Shown: piece after piece, positions 46,250-55,746 of the stretch | Numbering within the stretch: position 1 is the stretch's first letter | Layout of the letters: each line of letters starts with the position of its first letter | IMG/VR virus record: IMGVR_UViG_3300025598_000021 | Strand: one strand, 5' to 3' | DNA length: 64,000 nt | Source: a virus | Notes under the pieces: generated by a model | Seen by the model: the letters and a program-made list of their open reading frames with translations, nothing else | What the model was told of the DNA's origin: nothing | The model's database searches: none | Made by a program: the position numbers and the translations under genes

Positions 46250-48354
46250 TAGAGCTTCATTCCCTTTGCACTGTCATGCATCTTGTTTACAGCTGAATGT
46301 CTTTCAGCCGGCTTAAGCGAATTCAAATGAGCCACGATTTTTCTTCCATGATCTGGCGTGATAGTCGTCTTTGATCCATCGTTGTGATGGAATTCGATAT
46401 GTCTACCAGCCGCGGCCTGACCTGCAACTACTTGAATGTGCTGCTTAGGATCGCGACCGGAGTGTGTTGGAGCGTCGTCATCGGCTTTCTTCGGACGACC
46501 ACGAGCCTCATCAATATTTTCTTCTTTCACATTTTTCTGCATCTCTTTTGCTTTTTTGAAATGCCATCCACTACCAGGAACACCGGCTTTCTTCAATCTT
46601 CGTCCAATCTCTTTGTGCTGTTCGGGTGTAGGATTTTCGATTCTACCTTTGACGAATTCATCGTAAGATAGTTTCTTATACTCTTTCTTTTCAGTTTCTT
46701 CAATCACGCTATCAGTAAGATCGCGATCTGGAACTGTAGGTCTTACTGGGTCGCCGTTTGTAGTTGTTGACCCTGCCTTCTTAAAAGAACCTTTTTGAGT
46801 AGCGTCCTTTGACTGTCCGAGCGCTTCTACGACTGAATCAAAGTGTGCTAGTTCCTCTGCTGAGAACTCAACGTCTTCTGTAGCAGGAACTTTAGCAGTT
46901 CCTGATAATTTCTTAACAGCTAACTTCTGCATAGCTCCACGACTAGCAGTCGGGCTATGAAGTTTTCTATCGATAGGAGTACCAAAATGCATACCTGTTT
47001 CTTTACGTAGCTGATCACGAACTTCGATGCCTTTATCTCGTCGAGCAGTCTCGTCTTTCTTTGACGCTACCATATATGAACCGAGTTTAGCGCCAGAGAT
47101 CTCATCTACCTGCTCTACTTCTTCTTCAACTTTCTTACCGGCGCGAAGAGCGGCGAAGTCAGCAGCGTCTATCTCGTCTTTGTCACCTGCCACTGCGGCT
47201 ATCTTCTTCTGCTTAGCAGACAGCTTCTTTGCGGCTTCAAAGATGTTACCTGTCTTGTCGCCCTGCAGCGCCAAGAACGAATCTATAAGTGGGTTCTTGA
47301 CTTCGTCCGTCATCTCTTCTTCTTCCTTTGCTACTAGTTTTGTTCCGAATTTCTTTTGTCTTGCTTTCTCGTCTTCGTCTTTATTCACTGCGGTGGACTT
47401 GAAAGCAGTTGGCATCATGTTCAGCGCGCGACTCGTAGGATTAGCGTATGTCATCGCTGTCGTGATGGCGTGTCCAGGATCTTGGCTTATCGCTACGTTT
47501 CCGGCGTCGTATACCTTACCAGCGTGAGCGCCTAGAGCTCCAACGACTGAAGCTACCTTTGCGATATCTTTAATCTTTCCTTCTTCGACGTGTTCTACAG
47601 ACTCGGGAAGTGAATCTTTATCATTAGCTGCGCTCTTGATAGTTGGATTCCACTCTACACCAGTCTTGCCCTTTGGGTTCTTTACTTTGTCTTTATCGTC
47701 TGTGTCTTTAATAGTCTTCTTGACCTTGGGCATCTCATCTGCTGAAGGATCGTTATTCTCGTCGTCTGCTCTCTTAGCGTCCTCGTCGATTATCTTAGTC
47801 ATGATCTGACCGGTCTTATTGAGAGTAGATCCAGATGATTTAGGTCCGAAGTCTTTAAAACGCGCCATGCTCTTCACCTTGCGGCGCTCTTCAGTTCCCT
47901 TAGATACGCCATCGACGTCTGCGTATTCTGCTTCTTCCTTCATCTTCTTCTTACCAGATTCAGTAGCAGATAGAGAGCCGCAATCACCTGAAGACATAGC
48001 GCCGTCTGTCGATAGATCGCCTTCTTTAATCTTCTTCTTGCCGCTCTCAGTATTAAGTTGAGCGCTTACACCACTCATATCAGATGGTGCGCATTCTAGT
48101 TTAATATCGTCTGCCTGCTTCATGTTTGTGTGTGCGCCCTTGCCGGCCGCGACGTGTCCGCCGTTCTGAGACTTATACTTTCTAGTCATAAATGTAGTAG
48201 GGGTGCCCTTTGGCTTGTCGTCACCGATAGTTCCAATTCCCTCAGCGACGTTTCTGATAGCGTGCTCTAGAGAGATCTTTGGCTCGTCAGAAGGAGTAAA
48301 CTTACCCTCTGCGATGTTTCTGATCAGGTGTTCTAGTGATAGTCTCTTATCCAT
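46249..48354 (-). CDS. Large charged protein, probable internal head protein
   Basis: Many (I/V/L)xE sites, IDAADFAALR motif, internal duplications. Confidence 0.55.
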   Translation of the reverse strand: MDKRLSLEHLIRNIAEGKFTPSDEPKISLEHAIRNVAEGIGTIGDDKPKGTPTTFMTRKYKSQNGGHVAAGKGAHTNMKQADDIKLECAPSDMSGVSAQLNTESGKKKIKEGDLSTDGAMSSGDCGSLSATESGKKKMKEEAEYADVDGVSKGTEERRKVKSMARFKDFGPKSSGSTLNKTGQIMTKIIDEDAKRADDENNDPSADEMPKVKKTIKDTDDKDKVKNPKGKTGVEWNPTIKSAANDKDSLPESVEHVEEGKIKDIAKVASVVGALGAHAGKVYDAGNVAISQDPGHAITTAMTYANPTSRALNMMPTAFKSTAVNKDEDEKARQKKFGTKLVAKEEEEMTDEVKNPLIDSFLALQGDKTGNIFEAAKKLSAKQKKIAAVAGDKDEIDAADFAALRAGKKVEEEVEQVDEISGAKLGSYMVASKKDETARRDKGIEVRDQLRKETGMHFGTPIDRKLHSPTASRGAMQKLAVKKLSGTAKVPATEDVEFSAEELAHFDSVVEALGQSKDATQKGSFKKAGSTTTNGDPVRPTVPDRDLTDSVIEETEKKEYKKLSYDEFVKGRIENPTPEQHKEIGRRLKKAGVPGSGWHFKKAKEMQKNVKEENIDEARGRPKKADDDAPTHSGRDPKQHIQVVAGQAAAGRHIEFHHNDGSKTTITPDHGRKIVAHLNSLKPAERHSAVNKMHDSAKGMKL

Positions 48355-48357
48355 CTA

Positions 48358-48804
48358 TTATGCCTTTGTGAAAGATCTGAGCATCCATCCGTGTTTTTGA
48401 TGGGCAGTTATACGATCTTGAAGAATGTTAGAAATTCCATAGTGCTTATACTTCTCACACAACTCATATGCGTGAGTAAGAGACGCTAGTACTCTCTCGT
48501 TGTCTGCTGCTAGCTTGCTGATCATGACCAGACCGTCTGGAATGTTCTTAGCTTCTTCGATAGTAGTAAGCTCTAAGAATCTAGCCATCGATCCTGGAGA
48601 GAACGCCCCTAGAGTCCTGATATTTTCTGCAATGATATCGATGCCGTCGTTTACTTCTTCATAAAGCTCGCCAAAGAACTTATGATACTCTGAAAAGTGT
48701 GGACCAGTAACATTCCAATGGTAGTGCTGTGTCTTCACGGCGAACACGTAGCTGTCCGCAAGGGCAGCCTTCAACGCGTCTACTGGTTGAATCAGTGGAA
48801 GCAT
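48358..48804 (-). CDS. dps: Dps / DNA-binding ferritin-like protein
   Basis: HYHWNVTGPHF..H.FF.E.Y..D..AE..HQKHGWML. Confidence 0.9.
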   Translation of the reverse strand: MLPLIQPVDALKAALADSYVFAVKTQHYHWNVTGPHFSEYHKFFGELYEEVNDGIDIIAENIRTLGAFSPGSMARFLELTTIEEAKNIPDGLVMISKLAADNERVLASLTHAYELCEKYKHYGISNILQDRITAHQKHGWMLRSFTKA

Positions 48805-49856
48805 TACTTACCACCCCCGCCTGAGCTACCGCTCTTTCCTGGAGGTAGACTCTTTATAGTACCATCTGCCATTCTTATTGGAACGTTCTTGATCTTGATG
48901 TCTTTGTTTGCGGCGGCGTGGACGGTGACCTCTGAGACTTCTGTCTCTTCACAGTTCCACGCTTTTCTAGACCAGTAGTTTGCACTTGTCTTTTTACCTA
49001 GGTTACCCTGTCCAGAAGATCTAGCGCAGTATGACTTCTTACGGGCCGGCTGATCTTTCTTGATAGACATGTTTGGATCGCCAAAGTTTACTTTCTTTAC
49101 GTTTCCTGTAGAAGGATCTTTCACGAAGACTTTTGACTTCTTTACGTCGCCCTTCATCGGCTTGTTCAGAGGAACTTCCTTGCCGTGATACTTGGCTTCT
49201 TCTAGCGCTTCTTTGAACGCTTCCTTGACCGTTCTTGCGAGTCTTGCGACTCTTAAAACTTTATTAGAAGTCGCCTTCTCACCGACCGTCTTCTCGTCGT
49301 ATTCAGGCTGACCCGGAGTTGATCTTCTGTATACTTCTGATGGAGGATCGAGTCTTGAATTAGGTATCGTAGCGTCGTGAGACTTCTTCTCGTGTCCGAC
49401 GTGCTCTTCGGTCTGCGACGCCTTAAAGTCTACCGCGGTGGGAGCGCCTTTAGAACCTGGCTTGCGCATGTGCTCACCGGAACCGGCTTTAATTCTAGCT
49501 CGCTTGGCGTGGATGTTGTCCCATAGCCCGCGCTTCTCGTCTAGTAGATCTTCGTCTAGATCCATAGCAAATCCTCCCGCTATAAATGAGTTTACTCTGT
49601 CGAACCCGAACTGTTCTGCTGAACCGCCAAACGACTCGTCCCATATGAAATGACCGCGCCGATATACCTCTTCTAGTATATTGGTCGGAATTCCTGAATT
49701 CTGTGATTTTTTATAGAGGGAGAGCTTAGCTTTGTCAGTGAGGGTGACAGACTCGCCAAGTCGCACTTCGACTTCTGGCTGAGGTTCAAAAGTTTTAAAT
49801 CTATCTAACATTGGAGTTTCCCTTGGGTTTTCCAAAAACTTATGCGAGTCTGCCAT
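48804..49856 (-). CDS. Basic multi-module virion-associated hypothetical protein
   Basis: GLWDNIHAKR, KKVNFGDPNM..KKSYCARS..ANYWS modules separated by LxE sites. Confidence 0.6.
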   Translation of the reverse strand: MADSHKFLENPRETPMLDRFKTFEPQPEVEVRLGESVTLTDKAKLSLYKKSQNSGIPTNILEEVYRRGHFIWDESFGGSAEQFGFDRVNSFIAGGFAMDLDEDLLDEKRGLWDNIHAKRARIKAGSGEHMRKPGSKGAPTAVDFKASQTEEHVGHEKKSHDATIPNSRLDPPSEVYRRSTPGQPEYDEKTVGEKATSNKVLRVARLARTVKEAFKEALEEAKYHGKEVPLNKPMKGDVKKSKVFVKDPSTGNVKKVNFGDPNMSIKKDQPARKKSYCARSSGQGNLGKKTSANYWSRKAWNCEETEVSEVTVHAAANKDIKIKNVPIRMADGTIKSLPPGKSGSSGGGGK

Positions 49857-49877
49857 GGCCTTATCGCACTGACTGGT

Positions 49878-49885
49878 TATTTATA
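49878..49885 (-). promoter_or_regulatory. T4-type late promoter TATAAATA
   Basis: Exact consensus on minus upstream of 49856. Confidence 0.7.
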
Positions 49886-49887
49886 TA

Positions 49888-51588
49888 TTATAGTTGTTCA
49901 AGGAAGTTAAACGTAGCAACAAGATTAGCAGTAGAACCACCAGATGCTAGCTGTTGAACGGCTAGAGTGAGCGTTGCGGGATTACCACTAATGTCAGAAC
50001 CAAGATTAAACGACCCAGGTATGCCGTCGAACGTCTGCTGCGCAGAAGCAGACTGAGTTATTCCTGATAATAACACTAATCCACCAGAAACAGTTGCTGT
50101 ATTAGTCCATGTCCAATACTGCGAAGATCTACCCGTGTTAGGATTAGCTACAGCGTTGTTGCCGACGTAGGCATAGGTTCCGTTAACGTTAGCGTTGTAT
50201 ATTACATGGTAGAAATAAGTGCCTGGAGTAGAGTTCTTTCCTTGGTTGTTAAGATCGACTAGAGCAATCTCTCCTGGAGTAATATCAGATCTAGTATAAG
50301 GAGATCCTTCTCTTAGACCTATAGACAGTATAGGAGTCATAGAGCTGCCTGGAATAAATCCATTTATATTATAAGCGCTGGAAGGAGATGGATTGAACAG
50401 CTCCGGAGCTTCTGATTGAAAAGATATCGCAGACATATTAAACGTAGGTGAAGTAGTCTGGGATGTAGAGTTAAATATTTCTCTTCTTAGCGGCAGAGAA
50501 GCGTTACTTATAAAATTAGTATTAACGACACCAGCATAACTCTGAGTATGTACTATCTGAGGTCCAATAGGAGTGCCGAGGCCGAAACGAACACGACCTG
50601 TTCTACCGCCAATAAGATCAAACCAGAAAGTATAATACTTGTTCAGTCCAGCGGAGAATATATTAAACCCTGAAGGACCAGTTCCGTCTAGATGATCTGT
50701 ACTAAAGCTGTTAGCGTAGGTTCTGTCTTCTTGAATATACCCGTTAGCCAGAGTTCTTCTAACAACGACCGCAAGAGTGTTTGCGTTCTGCTCCCAGAAT
50801 ATTCCATCATTAGCGTCGTACAGACCAGTTCTTCTTGTCACACCAGTTTCTGAAGTATTTGCAGTAAAATTAACAGTAGTATAGACTATGTGTGAGGTGC
50901 CAGGAATGACTTTGAATCTAGAATACGTCTGTCTAATGGCAGAACCAGAAGCGGTGTTTCCACTAGTCATCTGAATCTCAGAAGTATTTGCTAAAAATAC
51001 GCTATTAGAATTTGTGCCTGTAAGAGATTGATTCCATCTAAAAGAAGTATCATTATCAACCATTGGAGCAAACCAATCTTGATTCAGCGTCGAAGAGACT
51101 CTTAATTTACTAAGAGCGTCAACAGACCAAGTTGGCGCGGCCTGAGTATATACGTAGTTGGTCGTATTAGATAAAACTTGAACGTTCTGTGTCGCAGGAA
51201 ACGCAACACTCACATTACCAGAAACTACATTTACATTAGTTACTGTAGGAAAGTTATTGACTGATACTACTACGTTTGAAGTAACGCTGGTAACGACGAC
51301 GTTGCCACCAATTGGTAGATATGGAACGTTTAATATTCCACTAGTTCCAACTTCAGTAAGATGTGTATGAACTGGATTTTCAGGAGTACTAGCAACATTA
51401 ATTGTGTTTGGAACAGATACGTTGATAGAACCGTTTGTATTAATATTAACATTAGAGCTACCAAGCGTAACTGGCAGTGGGTTCGTGTTGCTTACAATCA
51501 TGCCATTAGGCGTAGCGAGCATCTGCGCTTCAAAAAGAGTCTTATTGAATGTCTGGAACGATCCGTTAGCAGAATTAAAAGTAGCCAT
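49888..51588 (-). CDS. Putative virion structural protein
   Basis: SNTNPLPV, V/N/S-rich stalk, DALSKLRVS followed by a beta-rich domain. Confidence 0.6.
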   Translation of the reverse strand: MATFNSANGSFQTFNKTLFEAQMLATPNGMIVSNTNPLPVTLGSSNVNINTNGSINVSVPNTINVASTPENPVHTHLTEVGTSGILNVPYLPIGGNVVVTSVTSNVVVSVNNFPTVTNVNVVSGNVSVAFPATQNVQVLSNTTNYVYTQAAPTWSVDALSKLRVSSTLNQDWFAPMVDNDTSFRWNQSLTGTNSNSVFLANTSEIQMTSGNTASGSAIRQTYSRFKVIPGTSHIVYTTVNFTANTSETGVTRRTGLYDANDGIFWEQNANTLAVVVRRTLANGYIQEDRTYANSFSTDHLDGTGPSGFNIFSAGLNKYYTFWFDLIGGRTGRVRFGLGTPIGPQIVHTQSYAGVVNTNFISNASLPLRREIFNSTSQTTSPTFNMSAISFQSEAPELFNPSPSSAYNINGFIPGSSMTPILSIGLREGSPYTRSDITPGEIALVDLNNQGKNSTPGTYFYHVIYNANVNGTYAYVGNNAVANPNTGRSSQYWTWTNTATVSGGLVLLSGITQSASAQQTFDGIPGSFNLGSDISGNPATLTLAVQQLASGGSTANLVATFNFLEQL

Positions 51589-51590
51589 TA

Positions 51591-52199
51591 TTAAACCTTA
51601 CTAGAACTGACGATGTCTCGCATCATCTCATCTTTATGCGCCGGAGTCATATGTGAAGATGCTCCGGCATGGAATGTCTTTTTGTCTCCAGATCTCGCGG
51701 CTGCTCTCATCTTAGTACCGGAGATACCGGTAACACCCTCTGAGTCTGGATCCCTATCGCCGGCAGAATGAACAGTTATGGACTTAAAGTTATAGTGTCC
51801 GTGCCGACCTTCTTTACCGTTGTAGTCATTTAATAATTTATTAAATTCTCCAACCCTGTCTTGTCCTGCTACTAGATGAAGATGCTGAATTCCATTTCTA
51901 AATAAATTTGACGCATGGTGAAGTAGCGTAGGTTGCTCCTTTGACGACGTAGAGACGTTAGCGTCTGGAAACGCCCTCTGCGCATGCTTTAGTTTCTGTT
52001 CAGGAGTCAATGGATTCTTGTCTCCATCGTGGCTGTGAGATAGAATAATAGAGTGTGACGCTTTCTTCTTATTAGCTAGTGCAGTTACTTTATCAACCAC
52101 CTTTTGGTGACCGGCAGTAGGAGGATTAGCCCTCATGAAAGTCATTACGTGAGACTTTTCTGTCTCTTCTCTTATTAAGAACTGTAAAAATTTAAGCAT
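51591..52199 (-). CDS. Cytidylyltransferase-like (HIGH-type) nucleotidyltransferase
   Basis: FMRANPPTAGH, KNPL, VAGQDRV, SAGDRDPD, ISGTKMR. Confidence 0.8.
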   Translation of the reverse strand: MLKFLQFLIREETEKSHVMTFMRANPPTAGHQKVVDKVTALANKKKASHSIILSHSHDGDKNPLTPEQKLKHAQRAFPDANVSTSSKEQPTLLHHASNLFRNGIQHLHLVAGQDRVGEFNKLLNDYNGKEGRHGHYNFKSITVHSAGDRDPDSEGVTGISGTKMRAAARSGDKKTFHAGASSHMTPAHKDEMMRDIVSSSKV

Positions 52200-53403
52200 C
52201 TTGATCCTGCTGTTTTTGAAATTGACCTTTTAGAAAGTTCAATCGATTAAATTCTTGACGGTTATTCATCTTAGAAGCGTTACCATTCTTGTCGACTACA
52301 ACCGTTCCTTCTGGACCTGTGTGTTGTCCGCCGACGCTGTGATAGTACGGACTGTTCTTTGCCATGACATTAACGAGGACGTTCTTAGCAGACTGTAGAT
52401 GGTTGTGAAGATCAAGAGCTCTTTTAAAGTGATCTTGATTGTCCATCACGTGTTTAATATTAGCCGCGTGAGCCTGCGCTTTCTTATCTTTCGCTGCCTG
52501 CGTCTTAACGCTATCTACGTCTTTCTTATGTCTATTAGTAATGTCTTGCATGTAACCCTCAATAGAAGGCTTTCCTTCAGACCTAATCATATTATTGATG
52601 TGAGTCTCTAACGTCTTCTCATGACCTTTGAGTGAATCTAGCGCCTCAGGACTCATTGCGGCATAAGACTTTTTAGCCTGATTCATATGCGTTAAAAACT
52701 GTTTCTGTTCTTCAGGCGTATAGTTATTAGGATTTACTTCTACTGTTGGATCGATATTGTTGACGTCTGGATGCTCTCTAAATTTAGATCTAACGCTGTT
52801 AGGAAGGGGGCCGGCGTTCATGCTATCTAGACTTCTACCGCCGGTATATTGGGTATGAACGACGACGCCTAGTTTTTTCTTCATATTTCTACCCTCAACG
52901 CTGTCTGCTGGAGCCGAATATGTAATCGTGTTTGGTGTTACGCTGTGCATTCCATTCTTCTTAGTAACATCGCCTGTGGTGTGCATTATATCGCCTTGAT
53001 ATATGCCACCATTCTTTGGCATGATTCCAGGAAGGTGGTGAAGTGCGTGTTTTAATTTCTCGACTAGTCCTGGAGCGTGACCATGATTCTTCTCAATGTC
53101 TTCGTCTGAATAATTTATTTTTGGATTCTTATTAAACGCAGACTTTGTGGCGACGAAGAAATGTCCAGTCTGAGGATGGTGTCCAAACACTATAGATGGC
53201 GCGCCGTCAAACTTAACTGAAGCGTGTGAAGAAGTATTCTTACCAAGAAGCATGTTATGTACGTCATTAAGATGCTGATCGGCAGTAGCCACACCTTCAT
53301 GACCATTATGAATAATATGATCTTCGACGTGTGTAAGATGTTTAAGAGCTTTACCTTTTTGCTCTTCTTCTGCCTCAATTAAGAATGTCTTAAAATCTAT
53401 CAT
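52192..53403 (-). CDS. DUF6267-like protein with ligase-type KxDG motif
   Basis: HLTHVED, SVKFDGAPSI, GIYQGDIM, PNTITY, PEGTV; start MIDFKTFLIE after GGAG RBS. Confidence 0.65.
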   Translation of the reverse strand: MIDFKTFLIEAEEEQKGKALKHLTHVEDHIIHNGHEGVATADQHLNDVHNMLLGKNTSSHASVKFDGAPSIVFGHHPQTGHFFVATKSAFNKNPKINYSDEDIEKNHGHAPGLVEKLKHALHHLPGIMPKNGGIYQGDIMHTTGDVTKKNGMHSVTPNTITYSAPADSVEGRNMKKKLGVVVHTQYTGGRSLDSMNAGPLPNSVRSKFREHPDVNNIDPTVEVNPNNYTPEEQKQFLTHMNQAKKSYAAMSPEALDSLKGHEKTLETHINNMIRSEGKPSIEGYMQDITNRHKKDVDSVKTQAAKDKKAQAHAANIKHVMDNQDHFKRALDLHNHLQSAKNVLVNVMAKNSPYYHSVGGQHTGPEGTVVVDKNGNASKMNNRQEFNRLNFLKGQFQKQQDQDA

Positions 53404-53404
53404 A

Positions 53405-54679
53405 TTATTCTCCGGGACCACGAAACACCAAACCGCCGTGTGTTCCGTCAGTGTTATTGCGATAATCTTTCTTTCCTGATTCAGCACCTATATTAGCTAC
53501 TGTTTTTTTCTTAACTGGCGCTGGTTTTACCGGAACCACCGGTGCAGGCTTTTGTAATTTCTTTGGAAGCGATACTAATTTAAACGCGCCTGCGGTGCCC
53601 TTATGAGGTCCGGAACCGGCCTTTACAGTCTGTTGAGCGACCTTTGTTTCTTTACCATTATAATCGCCATATATATCTGATGTAATTCCATTTCCTTTTT
53701 TAACTCTAAGGTTTTGAAAATTATCTAAATGCGTATCAGCAATTCTGCTCATATCCCCAACATGAGAAACTGCGCTACCATCATTTTGAACTTGACTGTG
53801 TGCAACAATGTGATGTATTTTTGTTGGAGGAGAAACTTGACCTCTAATATAATTTCTTAATTGTTCGTCATTCATATTACCCAAGCCAGCATCTAAATGT
53901 CTAGCCATCTTCTTTCTTGCTATTACTGACGCGTTCTCTGCTTCTCTAGCCCTTAGAGCTTCTTTACCCTTTGGTTTAAAGTCTTTATTAGATCCACCTG
54001 AAGCTTTCCACGCTTCTCTTTGTGCGCCTTTTAATTTTCTACCAATTTTATATTGAGCATGACGTTCTGCTTTGGTTCCTGTATATCCAAGACGATCAGC
54101 CATATCTTGGTCGTGAGCTTTTTGGATATTAGTTAATGTTCCTGGTTTTAAACCACCTTTTTTTTCTAAAGTAGCCAAACCGTCATTTCTATAATTTGGT
54201 TGAACTTCTGTTCCATATTTTGCAGAAACACCAACATGTTTTACTGCTCCAGTTTTTGGATGACGTAGAGTAACAATAAGATCTCCATTAGAATTAGGAT
54301 CTCTTATACCTGTAGTTTTTTCATGATCTCCGGGTTTGTTGACAGTATCTCTGTTAGAAGTCCAATGAATATTGGAAATATCATGCCCCTTAAATTCAGG
54401 ATGGTTTTCTATATATTTTTTTATTGCTTCTGAAGTCTGTCTAGCGTGATTGTCAATTTCAGTATATGCCGCCGGACTCATTTTATCTTTTAATTTCTTA
54501 TGAACCTGTTCAGGCGTACCACCATAGTCTTCAGACTCAGATCTATGGTGTTCTGGAAGTCGATTTTCTGGATGTAGATGTTTTGCTAGCAATAACTCGT
54601 GCAGTTTACCCTTGTCGTCATTAGATTCAGAAGAACTCGCTGCCGCCATTTCAATTAGATATGTACTAAATCCTAACAT
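53405..54679 (-). CDS. Hypothetical protein, possible PD-(D/E)xK nuclease fold
   Basis: KGKLHELL..GDLIV..GVSAKY. Confidence 0.5.
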   Translation of the reverse strand: MLGFSTYLIEMAAASSSESNDDKGKLHELLLAKHLHPENRLPEHHRSESEDYGGTPEQVHKKLKDKMSPAAYTEIDNHARQTSEAIKKYIENHPEFKGHDISNIHWTSNRDTVNKPGDHEKTTGIRDPNSNGDLIVTLRHPKTGAVKHVGVSAKYGTEVQPNYRNDGLATLEKKGGLKPGTLTNIQKAHDQDMADRLGYTGTKAERHAQYKIGRKLKGAQREAWKASGGSNKDFKPKGKEALRAREAENASVIARKKMARHLDAGLGNMNDEQLRNYIRGQVSPPTKIHHIVAHSQVQNDGSAVSHVGDMSRIADTHLDNFQNLRVKKGNGITSDIYGDYNGKETKVAQQTVKAGSGPHKGTAGAFKLVSLPKKLQKPAPVVPVKPAPVKKKTVANIGAESGKKDYRNNTDGTHGGLVFRGPGE

Positions 54680-54681
54680 AA

Positions 54682-55341
54682 TCAATTTTCCTTCGATGGT
54701 TTTGGCTTTACTGAAGTCGTCGTCACTACAACCTCGCCAGATTCGGGATCATGCTTTACGTGATGTGCATGAAATTCTACTTCTGGATGATGTTTCTTAA
54801 GAGCGATAAACTTCTTTAGATTGTCTTCTGAGTCGTCATATAGATGAACTTTTTTATATTTATTCTTGTTTATCTGGTCGTGCATGATAGCGGCTTTGGC
54901 GTCAGCAGCCTTCATTGGAAGGTTACCTGCTCTTCTGACGTGTATCTGTCCGATGTCTATTCCATACTTTGACATGTGATGGGCGAACTTCTTCTGATCG
55001 TCTAGGTCTGATCGAGCGGTCAGTATCTCTACATTCTTGTTGTTCTTATGGATAGCCTTCATCTTGGCTATCATCTTTCTAATAGGTCTAGCGTGCTCAC
55101 CGAAAGCGTCTGAGCTTCTAAACTCTCTAAAGTCGTAAGAATGGTTGTCTGGAAGGGTGTGAGTATTGAACTCAGAGCTCGTTAGAGTCCTTGATCTATT
55201 GCCTTTTGGATCTAGAACGTGGATTCTCATACCTTCTGGATCGTGATGGAATAGCGTATCGTCTATGTCAAAAGCATGAAGAGTCTCAGAATCTTCGTCT
55301 TTCTTCTCGCAGATGAATTGATTAAAAGATATCATGACCAT
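54682..55341 (-). CDS. HAD-family phosphatase (polynucleotide phosphatase-like)
   Basis: FDIDDTLF, ILTARS, K, LYDDSEDN. Confidence 0.75.
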   Translation of the reverse strand: MVMISFNQFICEKKDEDSETLHAFDIDDTLFHHDPEGMRIHVLDPKGNRSRTLTSSEFNTHTLPDNHSYDFREFRSSDAFGEHARPIRKMIAKMKAIHKNNKNVEILTARSDLDDQKKFAHHMSKYGIDIGQIHVRRAGNLPMKAADAKAAIMHDQINKNKYKKVHLYDDSEDNLKKFIALKKHHPEVEFHAHHVKHDPESGEVVVTTTSVKPKPSKEN

Positions 55342-55358
55342 CCTTGTAATTTTTAAGA

Positions 55359-55366
55359 TATTTATA
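55359..55366 (-). promoter_or_regulatory. T4-type late promoter TATAAATA
   Basis: Exact consensus upstream of 55341. Confidence 0.75.
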
Positions 55367-55394
55367 TAATATCTAAAACAAGGAAAGTGTCAAT

Positions 55395-55420
55395 AAAAAA
55401 GGGGAGCCCGCAGGCTCCCC
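55395..55420 (-). terminator. Rho-independent terminator
   Basis: GGGGAGCC-TGCG-GGCTCCCC-TTTTTT on minus. Confidence 0.85.
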
Positions 55421-55527
55421 CGTCAACTCAGTATGGCTGGCGAAACCACCATCGTGATCCAGCGTTCCTTGTCTACTCTACTATTCCAGCGCTATAATCG
55501 AGCGCTTAAACATACTGAATGATTCTG
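55395..55527 (-). ncRNA. Candidate late structured small RNA (about 130 nt)
   Basis: Late promoter 55532-55539, closing stem TCAGTATG/CATACTGA, internal hairpins, strong terminator. Confidence 0.5.
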
Positions 55528-55531
55528 ATTT

Positions 55532-55539
55532 TATTTATA
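55532..55539 (-). promoter_or_regulatory. T4-type late promoter TATAAATA
   Basis: Exact consensus on minus. Confidence 0.7.
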
Positions 55540-55738
55540 TAATAAAATCAATATTTTTTGTATTTTTTAAAAAAAAATTTGGTGTATTTCCATCAAAACC
55601 ACCACCGGAGTTAAGATGTTTTAGATACTTTCTAGCGTCACAGATCTTACTACACTTAGTAACGATCTGGTTAGTCTTAGTCTCGATGACATGAAACTCA
55701 TTACGATTGATATTCACAATCTCATAATTCATTCTCAT
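55535..55738 (-). CDS. Conserved small hypothetical protein
   Basis: VIETKTNQIV..LNSGGGFDGNTPNFF; GAGG RBS before ATG 55738. Confidence 0.6.
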   Translation of the reverse strand: MRMNYEIVNINRNEFHVIETKTNQIVTKCSKICDARKYLKHLNSGGGFDGNTPNFFLKNTKNIDFII

Positions 55739-55746
55739 TCCTCTTC

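Noticed and set aside
53404-53487. Upstream start for the 52192 ORF
   Set aside because: It overlaps the preceding gene; ATG 53403 has a GGAG RBS and yields the shared leader motif
55563-55577. T-run/A-run slippery sequence near the end of ORF 55535
   Set aside because: The downstream structure is about 45 nt away, too far to act as a typical frameshift stimulator, and no evidence for a functional extension was seen
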